64,000 nucleotides of DNA. It comes from Hypanus sabinus (Eukaryota). Every line of letters begins with the position of its first letter. Position 1 is the stretch's first letter. The position numbers and the translations under genes are program-made. Shown here in pieces: positions 11,151-25,534 of the stretch. Under the pieces are notes generated by a model, which ran no database searches, was not told the origin of the DNA, and saw nothing but the letters and a program-made list of their open reading frames with translations. The DNA is taken from positions 47,182,001 through 47,246,000 of the forward strand of contig NC_082724.1 in the NCBI RefSeq assembly GCF_030144855.1, given 5' to 3'.

Positions 11151-11344
11151 AATGGAAAAACAAGGTATAGGCATGTATCAACTGGCTCAAGATAGCTTCT
11201 GTACCTCGGTTATCAGACTCTTGAACGGATCTCTCATCCACTAAAGATGGTCTCTTGATCTCCCAGTCTACCTTATTTTGGCCTGTGCACTTTATATTGT
11301 CTACCAGCTCTGCAATTTCTCTGTAGCTTCAACACTATATTCAG

Positions 11345-11455
11345 TGACACAAGAGATCGTGGAGATGATGGAAACCTTGAGCAACACACAACAGCTGGAG
11401 GAACTCAGCAGGTTAGGCAGCATCTACAGAAGGATATAAACAGCTAATATTTCAG
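11345..11455 (-). mobile_element. PLE 3' terminus
   Basis: caacacacaacagctggaggaactcagcaggttaggcagcatctac. Confidence 0.7.
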
Positions 11456-12617
11456 CTATTGATTATGTTTTGTATTCTGTTTCTTTTTTATTATTTCCTG
11501 GTAATTACTGTATGTATGGCATGATCTTCCTGGCTGTATCTCAGTACAGATCAGTAGCAATACAACGTACAAAGAGGTAGGCAGTCATTTCCTCTGCATT
11601 CTCACAAGCCAAAATCATTAATCTCTCTTATGTTTTGCCATTTCATGTCACAGGTTACAATCAGCTTGTCAATGAATGCCATCAGGGTGACACTTCCTTT
11701 TAAAAGGTGAATGTTTGCTGCTCACCAATCATAAAACTGGATTAAGTAATCTTGATAGACAGCCATATAGCTATTACTCGTTAAATGTTAAAATCAGCAC
11801 GCTGGATGAATTTCATGCATAGACTACATTGGATGAAAGAGAGTGGCTTTTTCACTGTGAGCCTAGCTTCAGTTTCTGACTATTCCCAAGGACTGTAAAG
11901 GCAAGGACCTTATGCTAATCATTTTGTAAAATAACATTTGAATCTCAGCTGGAAAATTGTATACGTTTGGAGACAACCACAACTTATGAGGTAAGACTTC
12001 ATGGTGCAGAGGAGATTTGTTATAACAGCACTCAAATTCCTTGTAGATACCAAAGAAACTAGGATTGTTCTTATCACTCTTTGATCAAGGTTATGGAATG
12101 ATTTTGACAGACATATTTCAAAAATGTAAAGAATTTGATATATTAATTAGCGGCTATTTTCGCTGACAAGAAGGTCAGTGCCAAGGTCACAGATCTGAAG
12201 TTAGCCAGAAAAGCAGAATGAAGAAAGGGAAGATTGCAATTCCTTTCCTAGCAAGTTATTATAATTTGGAATGTGGTATCTGAAAGGCTAGTGAAAGTAG
12301 ACCAAAAAATGATTTTGAAGAAAAAAATAGATAAATAGTTGAAGGGTAAAATAATTCGAAGCCTATAGAGAAAGAGCAAAGAAGTGGAACTAAGTTGATT
12401 GTCTTTTCAAAATTGGCATAACACAATGGGCTGTATGCCCACCACCTGTGGTACAGGATCTTATGAGTTCCATGTTCAATTTCCAATCTTAGGCATGAAC
12501 TAATCTCAGCTGAAATGATAGCAAGTATACTACAACTGACTTGGAATCTCCAGGACAGAAAAGAGATATTTGATATTTTACCTACTCTCTACTCTCAACG
12601 TTTCTCTCTATGCATGG

Positions 12618-13965
12618 CAGTTCAAAGTATATTCATTATCAAAGTTCATATATGTGTTACCATATTTAACCTGAGATTAATTTTCTTGAAGGCATACACA
12701 GGAGATCAAAGAAATATAATAGAATTAATGAAAAACTATGCACAAAGACTGATCAACAATGTGCATACAAAGACAAATTGTTCAAATACAAAAAAAATAA
12801 GTAAATAAATAATGTTCTGAACATGAATTGTAGAGTCCTTGAAAGTGAATCCATAGATTGTGGAATCATTTCAGTGTTGAGATGAGTAAAGTTATTCACA
12901 TTCAGGAGACTGTTACTGAACCTGGTAGTCTGAGATCTAAGGCTCCTGTACCTCTTTCCTGATGGCAGTAGTGAGATAAGAGCATGGTCTGGATGGAGAG
13001 GGTCCTTGACGATGGATGGGGCTTTCTTGTGGATGAGTTCCTTGTCAATGTTCTCAATGTGAGGAGGGCTTTTCATTTGATGGACCTGGGTATACCCATA
13101 CCAGGCCAAGATGCAACCAGTCAAGATATTCCACACTGTACATCCACAGAAGTTCGTCAAAGTTTTAAATGACATGCTGAATCTGCATAAACTTATAAGA
13201 AAATAAAGGTGATGCCATGCCTTATTTGTAATGACACTTAATAGCTGGTCCCAGGACAGATCTTCTGAAATGATAACACCAAGTTATTTAAAGCTACTGA
13301 CCCTCATTACTTCTGCTCCTCTGACAAGGTCTGGCTCATAGATAGCCTGTTTCCTCCTCCTGTAGACAATAATCAGCACTTTGGTTTTGCTGACACAGAG
13401 AGGTTGTTGTAGCACCATTTGAACAGATTTTCAGTCTCCCTCCTACATCCTTATTCATCACCACCTTTGATTCGTCCATCAACAGTGGTGTCATCAGCAA
13501 ACCTAAGTATTCCGTTGGAGCATAATAGCAGTCATAAATATAATGTGAGTAGAGGAGGGAGCTGAGCACACAGACTTGTGATGCACTTGTGCTGATGGTG
13601 AATATGGCAGAAATGTTGTTGCCAATCCAAACTGATTGGAGTATGCATGTGAAGAAATCTTGTATCCTGGTGCACAAGGAGGTATTACGGTCTAGGTCTT
13701 GAAGTTTATTGACTTATTTCCAAGGTCATGAGAACATTCAATGCTCAGTGATAATCAACAAGGGTATCCCGAATTGTCTTCACTGTCAAGATGTTTCAGA
13801 GGACGATTGTCATTGAGACAGGTTGCCATGTTCTACCTGGGCACTGGTATGACTGAAGCTTGCTGAAAGCAGCTCAATACCTCAGACTGCTAAAGCAATT
13901 ACTCCAGCCAGTTGATTAGCACAGGTGTTCAGTGTTTGGCCAAATCCATCGTCTGGGCCAGATGC
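12618..13965 (-). mobile_element. Rex1/Babar-like LINE 3' half, decayed RT
   Basis: LTNFCGCTVWNILTGCILAWYG; SIVKDPLHPDHALISLLPSGKRYRSL; STSASQVCVLSSLLYS; gtgtcatcagcaaa encodes FADDT. Confidence 0.8.
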
Positions 13966-14049
13966 AGATGGGCAGTTGAAGATGGATTAGTTATAAGACC
14001 TTCTGTAGTTGTTAAGTCTGCTATCACTTGCTGCTAACGTTTATCAAAG

Positions 14050-14704
14050 GACAAATGACTCCTCTTGGGCTTCCAGCCTGGTACAAGTTTTGATTATAAC
14101 CAATGTTCCAATGACAAACTCTGCCATCTTCATCAGGGATGATGCCCGGGCATGTCTAATTCGATAATATTTATATCCCTGTAGTTGGTCCTTCCTGACG
14201 GTTAGTCCTCATCCAATCAGATTTTTGTTCTCACACCTTCTTTACAATCAGATTTAAGTTCTTATTTAGAGTGAGACCATTGAATTTGTTAAAATTCTTT
14301 TTTTCTAGTTTTATTTCAATGGCTTACTTTACCAGGTGATCCCAAAAGCCATTTGCACAGCACAGTAGTTTTGTGCCATCAAAGTCAATCCTATGACCAT
14401 TGTGAATGCAGTGTTCTGCTATCACCAATTTCCCCAGGTAACCCAAATGAATACACCTCTTGTGCTCCTTGATTGGAGTTTCCACCATGCATCCCGTCTG
14501 GCCGACACGCTGCTCCTCATTCACAGGGAGTCCTGAGAATTTGACTGTTGATTAAATACCACTGGATTAGATATGCTGAAGCTTCATCCCTGCTGAACAC
14601 AGCAAAGTTTGTCTTTGAAACATCGGTTGTAATCAATACCTGTATCCGGCTGGAAGCCTGAGAACAGGTTATTTTTCATACATGCTGGGAAGGCATTAAA
14701 TCCA
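14050..14704 (-). mobile_element. Second PLE lineage (Poseidon-like): GIY-YIG C-terminus and pLTR on minus (14050-14540) plus inverted pLTR on plus (about 14550-14704)
   Basis: VGQTGCMVETPIKEHKRCIHLGYLGKLVIAEHCIHNGHRIDFDGTKLL; perfect 10-bp direct repeat TTTATCAAAG at 14040-14049 and 14705-14714. Confidence 0.85.
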
Positions 14705-15294
14705 TTTATCAAAGTAATTATTGAACATTGCATCCTGGGCACCCTTCAATTCCTATCCTTTGGAAGAAAATAAACTTAATTAAAATGCAATATTAATTAA
14801 CTTCAGGCTTTGAACAGGCTATGCTTAATCTCCTAACCATCTGTTTACCATTTGACATTGAACTTATGAGAAATTAGTCTAAAGAATATAAATTTAACAT
14901 GAACAAAAAAGTATAGATATTTGTAGGTATAATTTCAGACTGCAATTGTTGGAAATGACAAAAGTAATCAGGATAGACAAATGGAATCATGGAGTAATAC
15001 AATACAGAAAGTTTCCCTCAAACCATTGACCCATACTCAACTAAGTTTCAATCTGGCCTAGACCTGTTTGGTCTATATCCTTCTAAATATTTCCAATCCA
15101 TATCTATATCAGGGTGCTGTTTATTGATTACAACTCAGAATTCAATAACATCATCCCCTCATTGTGCGTCACCAAGCTTCTAAATATGGGCCTCAGTAGC
15201 TTCCTCTGTAAGTGAATCCTTAACTTGCTCAACAGGAGACCACAGACAGTTTGAATTAGTGATGACAGCTGCGGCTCAGGGATGTATTCTAGCC

Positions 15295-15510
15295 CATTGC
15301 TCTACTATCTTTATAGTCAATGGCATCTTTTTTATAGTAGGGTGATCAAAACTAAACGCAATATTCAAAATGAGGCCACACCAAAATTTTGTACAGTTGC
15401 ATCCAAACACCTCAATGTCCCTTGCTGATGAAGACCAGTATGCCAGAAGTCGCCTTTGCCATCTTGTCAACCTGTGGTATCACTTTCAGTGAACTATATG
15501 CATGATCTTC
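15295..15510 (-). mobile_element. CR1 LINE fragment
   Basis: Decayed minus-strand equivalent of LYK.LVRP.LEYCVQFWSP.YKKD. Confidence 0.55.
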
Positions 15511-18324
15511 TAGGTTTGTCCCTAATTCAAAATAAACTAAAACTCAGGTGCGGTTCTTTTGTAAAAACTGAAGTCTATTTTGAATTAATTGATTTAAAGA
15601 ATAGGCTCAGCAAACATTAAAAAATCCATGCAACCATGCAGGAATATAGATGCCCTGACTAGTTGTGGCTTTAATGGTAGAGATATTGACTCTCTTGGTA
15701 GCTGTTTCAAGGTGTTGAACTTTACAGCAGAGAGCAGGACAGTGATAGAGAGCGTTCTTAAGTAATCAGTCTTAAGTGTCATCACTTTGCAACAGATTTG
15801 AACCAGGTAGAGAAAAATAGTAATGATTTGAAAGTACTGATGAGACTAAGGCTATATAATTTTAAAAAAAGGATAATGAAATTACTTTTTTGAGGGTATA
15901 AATCCCTGGCTTAAATTTGCTTTTTCATTGCTATTGCCTTGTTCAGTAGTTTTCATGTATCAATCTATTAAAATTTCCCGTCCACTATTGTGAGTTTCTG
16001 CTTCTGACTTCCATGCAAATATACCCATTTTCTGAAATTCACCACTCTCTCACTATCGAGGGCTGTCAGCAGAGCTCTCTGGACTAGGATAGCTCAGATA
16101 GCAACATCGGCATTCCCAAGTCAATTGCATGTTTGGATGTCAGATATTGCTGTTGTTTTTAACTCTATTACCCAGCAGTAATGACGGGCATTGACAACTT
16201 TCACTGTTACTATTGCAATAAAATCCTGTTGTCTGACTCTCATCCGGACCCATTCACCAGGGATATTTGTTTCTTTTTCATTTTGGGTGCATTCTGAGCA
16301 GACAGACCGCAACAATTCAAAAAATTGGCTAACTTCCACTTTCTTGTGGAGAAGAAAGTGTTTAGAGAAAGGTAATGTATGATAAACTTTGAGCAATGAA
16401 GGATGGAGGGGAATTCTGCCCTAAATTGAATGAAAACATCTACTCTCTTGATATATTTTTAACACATTAAGTATTTTGTTCAGACCATTCATCCTTAGGT
16501 ATTCATGGGAACATAAAGTGAATACATAAACTCATAATTCTTAACACGCTAAACCATTTACTATTAATCAGGCTATTTGATAATATAGATTATCACATGA
16601 CAGCAAATTCTAAAAATTATATACAGACTTATTCCTAAACAAGAATGGACCATGCATATGGTTGAAAAGGTGCTTTGGGAGGTAATTATGAAATGTTTAT
16701 AATCACAAGATGAGGCAGTATTTAAAGGTGGAATTTTCAACACAAAACAATAAATCACTAGGACCTAGTAGAAAACAAGACCTTTGCTTAAAAGCAACAT
16801 AGTGTGAATCAAAGGGTTAATTTGTTTGTACCTATAAAGATCATCCAAGATCTTTAAATGGTTCATTGAATTTACTAAAAAATAGATTTTTTTATGTTAA
16901 TGCATCTTAAGAATCAGATATGATTTTAGAAAACATTATTATGCATGAGATTGCTTCAGTTGTAATGAAACATTCATCATTTCTTTCTGATGACATTGTG
17001 TGATTATTCGAACAGTTCTCCTGACATCCATCAGGACACAGCTTCGGTGCTCTTCTCTTTAAGCAGTATTGTTTTGATGAAGGGCACCATTATACCTTTA
17101 GCAATTGGTTTACCAGAATGTAAGGTGTAGTGCAAATGTTTGTTCTCCGCTGTGTTGGCTCTCTGCTGTAGGCAGTGGACCAAAACTAGTTAACCCTTTG
17201 TATATCTGAAAATCAGAAGGAGCTATGGCTATAGATTGGTAAGACAAGGAGGGAATACACAAGAACAAGAGATTCTGCATGTGCTGGAACACCGCCAAGT
17301 GGTGGAGGAACTCTACAAGTCAGGCAGCATCTGAGCCCAGGGTGCTCTTCCCTGGAGTTGTGATTACTTCCATTAATTTCAAGTTCAAGTTTAATTGTCA
17401 TTCAATCTTACAGATGTATAGAGTTTAAATAAAATGGCTTTCCTCCAGGGCCAAGGTGCAAAATACAGTACTTTCACTCAAGCAATGCATACAACACATA
17501 GTTACGATATAATCTTAAATCACAGTTTCAAAAGGATTACAAATTCATTAACCAAACTTGTTGCCCTGTTAACTTCTTCACAGGGTAAATGAAAATTAAT
17601 ACTTCATTTCCGTGTGGAATTATGTGTGGCAAACTGCAGATATTGTCAACTTTATAGTACTGATAAACTCTACCCTTTCTCAACACTAGATTGTTAATGC
17701 AGTTCAAAAACTCATGAATTTTCTTCTGAGTCAGGAAGGTGTGAATCCCTAGCAACACCTCTTCTAGATGGATGACATTATTTGACCTGACTGTCCAACA
17801 ATTAATGTTTCCACACAATACATAATTCAGTCCTTGTGAGAAACTTTACAACATATGATTAAATATTGGCCTCATGTCTCCTGTGCATTAAAAAATAGAA
17901 TTCTACCAAAACACAGATACAAATTCATTGTGAGTGTGTACATGTGATAACAATAGGCACAAGGGTTGCTCAGCATTTGCCGTAACATTATATGAGAACA
18001 TACACGATGTATTGATATGCAGACAAGGCCAGAATATATGCTGAGGAAGGACTTAATTGGAAAGTTTTTTTTCTTTGTTTAGAAATCTGGCCATACCTGA
18101 GCTGCTGATACAGGATTCACCTACAGGATTCTTTATTCTTTATTTTTATCTGCTACTCGTCCAAGGGTTACCATCCCCCCCCCGAGTTTTTTTTTTGGTT
18201 ATCTACTCTAGTCTCTGAATTTGCCCCCACCACATCTTCATCTTATTAATCATCTCTCTAACACCCTTATCATCTCACTCACAGTTTTCTGTTTTAGCCA
18301 TTTCATTCGCCTCTCACTGACACA

Positions 18325-18815
18325 TAAGATGATAAGACATAGGAAGCAGAACTAGGCTATTTGACCCTTTGAATCTGTTTAGCCAATCCATGATTGCTGA
18401 TCCATCATCCCTCTCAACCCCATTCACGAGCTTTCTTGCAAAACCGTTCATGCCTTGATTAATCAAGAGCCTATCAACTTCCCCCTAAAATACACCCAAT
18501 GACTACGACTGCACAGCTCTCAGTGGCAAAGGATTCCATCTATTCACCACTCTCTGCCTAAAGAAATCAAGCTCTCCCCCTGAGAGGGGAGGGGGACATT
18601 TAATGAAGATTTATGAGGTAGGTTTTTTACCTAGGATTGGGAGCTGCCAAGATCGGTAGCAAATGCAATATTAACTTACAAGTGGCTTTTGAACAAGGAC
18701 ATGAACTGGCAGGGAATAGAGGGATACAGGATTTTTGCAGTCAGATGGGATTAGTGAGATTGGTATGATCAGCACAGATATTGTGGCTAAAGTGCTGTTC
18801 CTATGCTGCACAGAA
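18325..18815. mobile_element. Two opposed CR1 3' end fragments
   Basis: Minus tail (cataagatgataagacatagg...attcaccactctctg) followed by plus tail (gtggctaaagtgctgttcctatgctg). Confidence 0.55.
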
Positions 18816-19989
18816 GCATTATGTCACATTCATTGGATTAAAGTCCATCTATCTTTTCTTTGCACTTTTGAATGCAAGGTCTGTTCTAATGTACACAATG
18901 CCTTAGTGCTCACATTTGATAGTATCGCTACTAGGATCCTCCCACAAAATTGCCTCTTGTTGGGACTATGCCGACCAATTTATTCCATCTTTTCAGGTGT
19001 ATTACAATTTCTTCTTTCAGTACTTTAATAGTACATTGCAACCTTTGCTAACAGAACTATTCTTTATACAAAGAAGGTTCTTCTACTTCCTCTACTGAAT
19101 CCACAGTGCCAGGAGTAAACCCTTTTCAAAAAGGTTACATACCCCATTGATAATAATTGCAAAAATTTTATTAACTGATTATTGGAGTAATTTGAATGTT
19201 TCTCTAGTTCCTCAATAAAGCAGGACAGATTCTCAGTGTAATTCCCAACCATACATGACCAAGTCTATACTCTAGCGTTGTAGATCTCAGCTCTTCAGAA
19301 AGCTTTCCAGGTTCTTTTTAAGTGTGAACTAGGTTTTTGCATCCATCACAACTTCAGTTATGGAGATCCATTCTTCTTTCACTTAATACATGAACAAATC
19401 TTTCATCATTCCTCCTGTGACTTTCTTACATTATCTTTATTAATGGCAGGTGAGAGCAGCTGAATGGTCTACAATAGCTATCATTTCCTGGAGGATTACA
19501 TCAGAATTAGAATGTCATGTAAATATGTTCTTGAGAATGAAGGTGATGCAATCGTGGCTAAGTTGCTTGTCCATGCCTAGTTGTTTTGAAGATATTAGGA
19601 GCCAGCTACAAAATGCAAACTAGAACCAACATAGCATAAATGAACCTGTTGTATTTTTATGGTAAGAAGTTTGCAGTGATCAGGAATATTTTCCTATAGA
19701 GTTCCATTTTCCAAATTATTAAGCTGATACTTGAAATCATTACCCAAGAATTCTCACTAACAAGCAAAAAAAAAGTATTGAAACATACAAGGCTTTCTAG
19801 TTTATATTGTGCAGATTTTTTTGCATGACATCCCTGTCCACAAATCATTCAAAAGAAATCGACATCAATCTATCTACATTGTCTGTTGGAAAAATATCTG
19901 AGCTCCTCCAGTCAGTCCTTGCTCTCCTGCGTGCTTCTTAGAAAATGTTCAAGGTGTTTTTAAAGCCTCCCTGAAATAATACAAACACA

Positions 19990-20445
19990 CCATTAGATAT
20001 AGGAGCAGAATTAGGACATTGCCCTATCAAGTTTGTTCATGACTGATTTATTTTCCCTCTCAACCACATTTTCTTGCTTTCTCCCCATAACCTTTGGTGC
20101 TATCCAAGAAGCTATCAACCTCTGCTTTAAGTATACTCAATGACATGGCTTCCACGGCTATCTGTGGTAATGGCTTCACAGATTCACCACCCTCTGGCTA
20201 AAGAAATTCCTCCTCTTCATCCCTATTCTAAAGGGACATCCTTGTATTCTGAAGCTGTGTTCTCTGGTTCTAGTCTTACCCACTGTAGGAAAGATCCTCT
20301 CCAGGATCACTCTATTTTGGCCTTTCAGTATTCAATAGGTTTCAATGAGATCTGCCCTCACTCTTTCAAACTCCAGCAAGTACTGGTACAGATCCATCAA
20401 GTGCCCCTTTTATGTTAACACTTTCATTCCATGATCATTCTCGTA
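19990..20445 (-). mobile_element. CR1 LINE 3' end
   Basis: gatataggagcagaattagg tail; cacagattcaccaccctctggctaaagaaattcctcc is the reverse of RRNFFSQRVVNLW. Confidence 0.8.
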
Positions 20446-22289
20446 ATCAAAATCATCACTGACTTTTAGGATACCATGGTCAGTGACTATTCAAGATCGA
20501 GAATTAGAATCAGAATATGAACCACAAGACCATATATTGGATAAGCCTCAGAAGTAGTTCACCACCTCCCAAACTGCCCTCTTGCCAAGCAACACCATTG
20601 TGATGTATCTGTGGTTGCAATGATCACCTTGTTATCCAGTTTAGTGAAAGCAAGCATTCTCAACCCTGTGGGACAGCCCAAAGTGAACAGGATCCAAGAT
20701 ATGAAAGTGATTGGTGGATTAGTATGATTAATGTATTAACAAGAAAGAACTCATGTCATCACAAAACTAATTCTTCACTGCTTGTCAGCTCATTATTACT
20801 TTGAATAACAGTGTGATTCATGCAAAGAACAGTTGTTAGATAACCACAAAAGCTATGGAGAAAGTGACATTTGTCTTCCATCAGTGGGACAGTTTTCAAC
20901 TTCAGGTCATCTATTCAAAAGTGGTTATTGATCATTCTGTGCACAATCTGACTGCTCACAGAGTCTGCGTCGAATTCAAATGCTGAAGTTACCCCTAATG
21001 TTATCTATTTAATTAGCCCTTTGTGATGCTGTCATGCAATTGTCTTGTTTTTTTTAAAGAAATTCTTATCCAGCTTGCTCACAATAGATTGTGTGATTCA
21101 TGAGGATAGTTTGGCCATTTCTTTGTGAATTCCAAATCAAATAAAACAATTGAGACAACAGTCATCACTAGATTAGCATGGGTTAACATGTATTTTAAGC
21201 TTCTTCAGAAGAAATGGTCGAACTGCAAAAGTTTATCTATTATTTCAGGCGGGGAGAAATTAGGTAACCACAGAAATGTCAGTTTAACCTCAGTTGTTAA
21301 GACTGTTCTGTAATCTGTGCTTGATAATAGTTACTTATTTAGATAATATTGTATCAATATATTATGGAGAATCAATTTGATTTTGTGAAGAGAAGGTCAT
21401 GTTCAACTAATCCAGCTTGTTGTCTTTGGAAAAGTTATTGGTGTAATGGAAAATGTAACTTCTTCTGGCATTGTTCACATTAAGTTATGAGGAATTTGCA
21501 CAAAAATGAGTTGGAGAAAGACTTTTGAATTTGTTTGGAATTTAGTTTAGAGAAAAAGTGAGGAATATAGGAATAAAAAAAATTGTTCTGATTTACTAGA
21601 TGTGATTATATTTCTCGTAGCTCTGGACAGCACTGTAATATCCACGGTGTGATTGTAACTGGAAAAAAACTGTGGCAGATGTGATGAATATGCAATCATT
21701 CCTTCAAAGTTCAACAGTCAAAATAAATTCATCATTTTAGTTTGTTATGTTTCCATTTATTAGCATGAAATTCATTTTCTTGCAGGCATTTACGGGTACA
21801 AAGAAATGCAAATGGAATTTATGAAAAGGCAAAGGCTGACAAAAAAACAATGTGCAAAAGACAGGATGTAAAAATAAAAATAATGCTGAGAACAGGTGTT
21901 GTAAAGAATCCTTGAAATGAGCCTGCATGTAGTAGAATCAGTTGAAAATAGTGGTGATCGAAGTTATCCAGGACCTTGATGTCTGTAGGATAATAACATA
22001 TTAAATCTATATATTCAAGCAGGGACAATATTGAATGTGCTCCTAATGCTGAGGAATCAGGAATAGTAGAGGAGGAAAGAATTTTATTAGTTTATAAGAA
22101 TCAGATAACTACAAACAAGTATGAGATGACTGATCCATGTTAATAGAAGTTATAATAATACATAACAATCTTAAATACTTAAAGGAAAGACAGCTCTAAT
22201 CTACTGGGTTCCACTTTGGGCTTTTTGAAAGTATGCATAGCCCTTGCGGAAGCATCAGTGTAAAGTTACAGAAATAATTATAGCAGTTA

Positions 22290-22610
22290 GTGATGCTGTC
22301 TCAGCTTCAGTTTCAATCCAAGGCTCAGTGCCACTTGTACAGAGTTTACTCATTCTCCCCACCCTTGTGTGCTGCCTCCTGGAGCTGTTGGTTTTCTTCC
22401 ATATCCCAAAGATGAGCTGGCATGTTAAGTGGCCACTTTAAATTACTACGTTGTGTAGGTTAATGACAAGAAGAATCAAAAGAATTAGTGTTAGCAAAAG
22501 AAAATATGTTGATGGAATACAAGGGCATATGGCATATAGTCCTAATAGAATTTATCCCTGGAAGCTGGCATAGATCTGTTCGGTTGAATAATCTCCTGTG
22601 CTGTTATAAA
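22290..22610 (+). mobile_element. HE1-type V-SINE, decayed
   Basis: agagtttactcattctcccc...ggttttcttccatatcccaaagatg. Confidence 0.6.
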
Positions 22611-23229
22611 TGCAACATAAAATTCCATGGAGTTCATTGATTTAATTAAATCAGTTCAAATCGCAAACAAATTTGATGGGTTGATTTAAGTAAAAGATTC
22701 TTATTGGTGTAGGAAATTTCAATTGAAGAGATGAAATCTTACAGTAACAGCAGAGCCATAAAAAACTGAAATTGAGAATCACTTTTTCACAAAAAGATGC
22801 TGCAAATCTCAAGCAACCCCCTCGTCCAACAATCCAAAATCGGTTTGGGGCAATAGAAGTTTTCAATACTGAGAGTGGGACATTTAAAACATCAGGTGAT
22901 ACAGATGAAGGTACATTAAACTGTAATCCAACTGAATAGTACTACAGCTTCAAGGGATTATATGGCTTCCTCTCCTTCTATAAGGTGAAGGCAGATTGGA
23001 GAGGATATATCCAGTTCTGCAGCACGATTGATTGGTAAATCATCTGCAATGCTCATTATCAACCATGCAATCATATTTCTGTTCAAGAAGAATCAGATTA
23101 GCTTACAGATCACATTTGTTGGATACATAGAAAAATATTGATCAATTTAAATTTGAGTCCTTTTCAGTTCCCGTGAAAAGTCATTGATCTGAAATATTAA
23201 ACTCTGTGTCTTTTCCTCACATTTGCCAG

Positions 23230-23805
23230 AATCAGATTTTTTCATTATATGATGTGTAATTTGTTGTTTTGTGGCAGCAGAACAATACAAAATCATAAAA
23301 TTGCTATAAATGACAAACTAAACACATTGTGCAAAAAATGGATTTTGAGATACTGATTATGGACCATGCAGAAATCTGATAGATGAGGACAAGAAGCTAT
23401 TTCTGAATCATTGAGCATGTAGATTCAAGCTCCTGTGCTGATGGTAGTAACAAGAAGAGGGCACGTCCCGGATGGTAGATGCTGTCCTGATGGTGCAATG
23501 CCTCTTGAAGACATCCTCAATGATGGAGAGGCTTGTGTCCATGATAAATATAAGAGCATTGAAAAAGAATTACAAAGATGTTGAGACTTCAGGGCTTGAA
23601 TTATAGGGAAAGGTTGAACAGGTTAGCATTTTATTCCCTGAAGATAGGAGAATTAGGGGAGATTTGTAGAGACATTTAGACCAGTCCATGGACGGGAGGG
23701 GTACAGAGGGTTGTGGTCTAGCTGTGGGTCGATGGGACTAGGCAGAATAACAGTTCAGTTCAAAAGGCCTATTTCTGTACTGTAGTGCTCTGTGGCTCTA
23801 TGACT
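23230..23805. mobile_element. Rex1-like 3' end (minus, 23230-23545) abutting a CR1 3' end (plus, 23555-23805)
   Basis: agaatcaga...ttgttgttttgtggcagcag tail; CR1 tail tgtagtgctctgtggctctatgactc. Confidence 0.55.
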
Positions 23806-25534
23806 CCATTAAAGAGTTACACATCTTTCTATTGAAATGTATCCAGTAGAATGTATCAAGTGTCATATTTAAAATTGTGCTACCAGATATTTTCTTCAGC
23901 AAAATTCAGCTGCTGAATTTTCCCACAGGTTCATTGAGCTTACAATATCCAACTCTCCATGTTACAGATGGCGGGCTGGCATCTCAGAGAAACAGGCTGG
24001 CTGAGGAGATAATGTAATGTAAAGTTTACTGTAACCTAGGGTCAAAGAAATGGTTATCATCCATGATAATTGCACCAATACAAAATAACCCTGGAGGTTT
24101 TCTTTTAATCAGATTTGTCAGTACACACTTACGAAATACTCAAGGCATGGACTACCATAACTAATTAATTGAATGTCCATCTTTTCACAGCAGTGAGTGT
24201 TATTACATTGGTGTTTCATACTGGCAGTTTTAAATTTGTTTTAGTCAAGTTTTTCTCCAACTTTTCTGAATGCTCTCTTCGTCTTTGTAACATCTATTCA
24301 TGGAATGAGGATCTCCATGTTTCCTCAATCACATAGTAATTCTTTGACCTTATGCAGAGGTCATAAATAACCCAGGACAGGTAACAAGAGAGGGCAACCA
24401 CTTCCACAAGCAGAACAAATGAAGGAGATATTTAAGGTCTGAGTAAAGCCACAGAAGGATGTAACCAAGGAGAAGTTTACCCAGAGCATTTTCACTCAAA
24501 AAAAAGTTGTATTTTGTCCTACAGATGTCCGCAGGACAGATGATTTTACGCTTCTCAAAACAATTTTAGCCCTTCCTCAAAAGTACTTTCCTTGTGAACT
24601 TTGGGATGTTCATGGAGATTATTGTGAAGAGAAGCAGGTAAACCAGAAATAAACCAACTGCAATATATATGGATTGAAAGCTACAAAGAAGTTTAAATAC
24701 AAGCTCTTAAAGTTGAGGTTAGCATGCTGATTTAAGTTCCTTCAATTACTTCATGATTAACCATTTCACCCCTATTGACATAAAACAAAACACAATTAGC
24801 AAGCATAGGGACTGCACCAGTGATTAGTGTTGGTCCTATTTTCTGTTGGTGTGAGTCCACATTGACTGATGATTCATTCATCTTGTGAAGCAAATAATTG
24901 TCTCAGTGACCATGCCTCCTGTGGAAAAGGATCTCAACAGCTGTGCTTCTGGAGTGGGTCTCAGCATGAAACCTTCTAAAGTGATTACATCTTGGAGGAA
25001 GGGAATTAAATTGATGAGCGTGATTATAAAATAGAGAGCATCAAGATCATGTGCATATTTGAAACAGCATGAGGGTTATAAGAATCTGGTATAATTGTTT
25101 AATTCATCTTTGCCGGGTTTGGAATCATTCCAGCTGACACTTTGCTCATCATAATCTTCACATAGGTGATTCAAATATTATTCAAAGAAAGTTAGCAGAA
25201 AGATGTACACAGATATTAATGTCAGTGAATGGGTTTTAATATTGACCAATGATCATCTCATTCCTCTCAAATATCAATAAGTATAAATTACCAGAATTGA
25301 ACTGTGCTAGTTTGAACAGATGATGTTACAATATGCAGCTTCAGGGAGCTGATGAATCAATAGCAGTACACGTAATACCCATTTACAATGGCAAAGAGGC
25401 CATAGGCTGAGCTAGAAGCATTAAATAGAGTTGAAATATTCCTCAATTATTCACTGATGCAGAATATTTCAGCTTTAGTGAATTTTTAAAGAACCTCATC
25501 AGTTTAGAAATAAAACCAGTATTTCCTATTTATA

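Noticed and set aside
16120-16400. Repeat-free stretch with opposing short ORFs, possible exon or conserved element
   Set aside because: No mGluR-like peptide, no convincing splice pair, and conservation cannot be judged without alignment.
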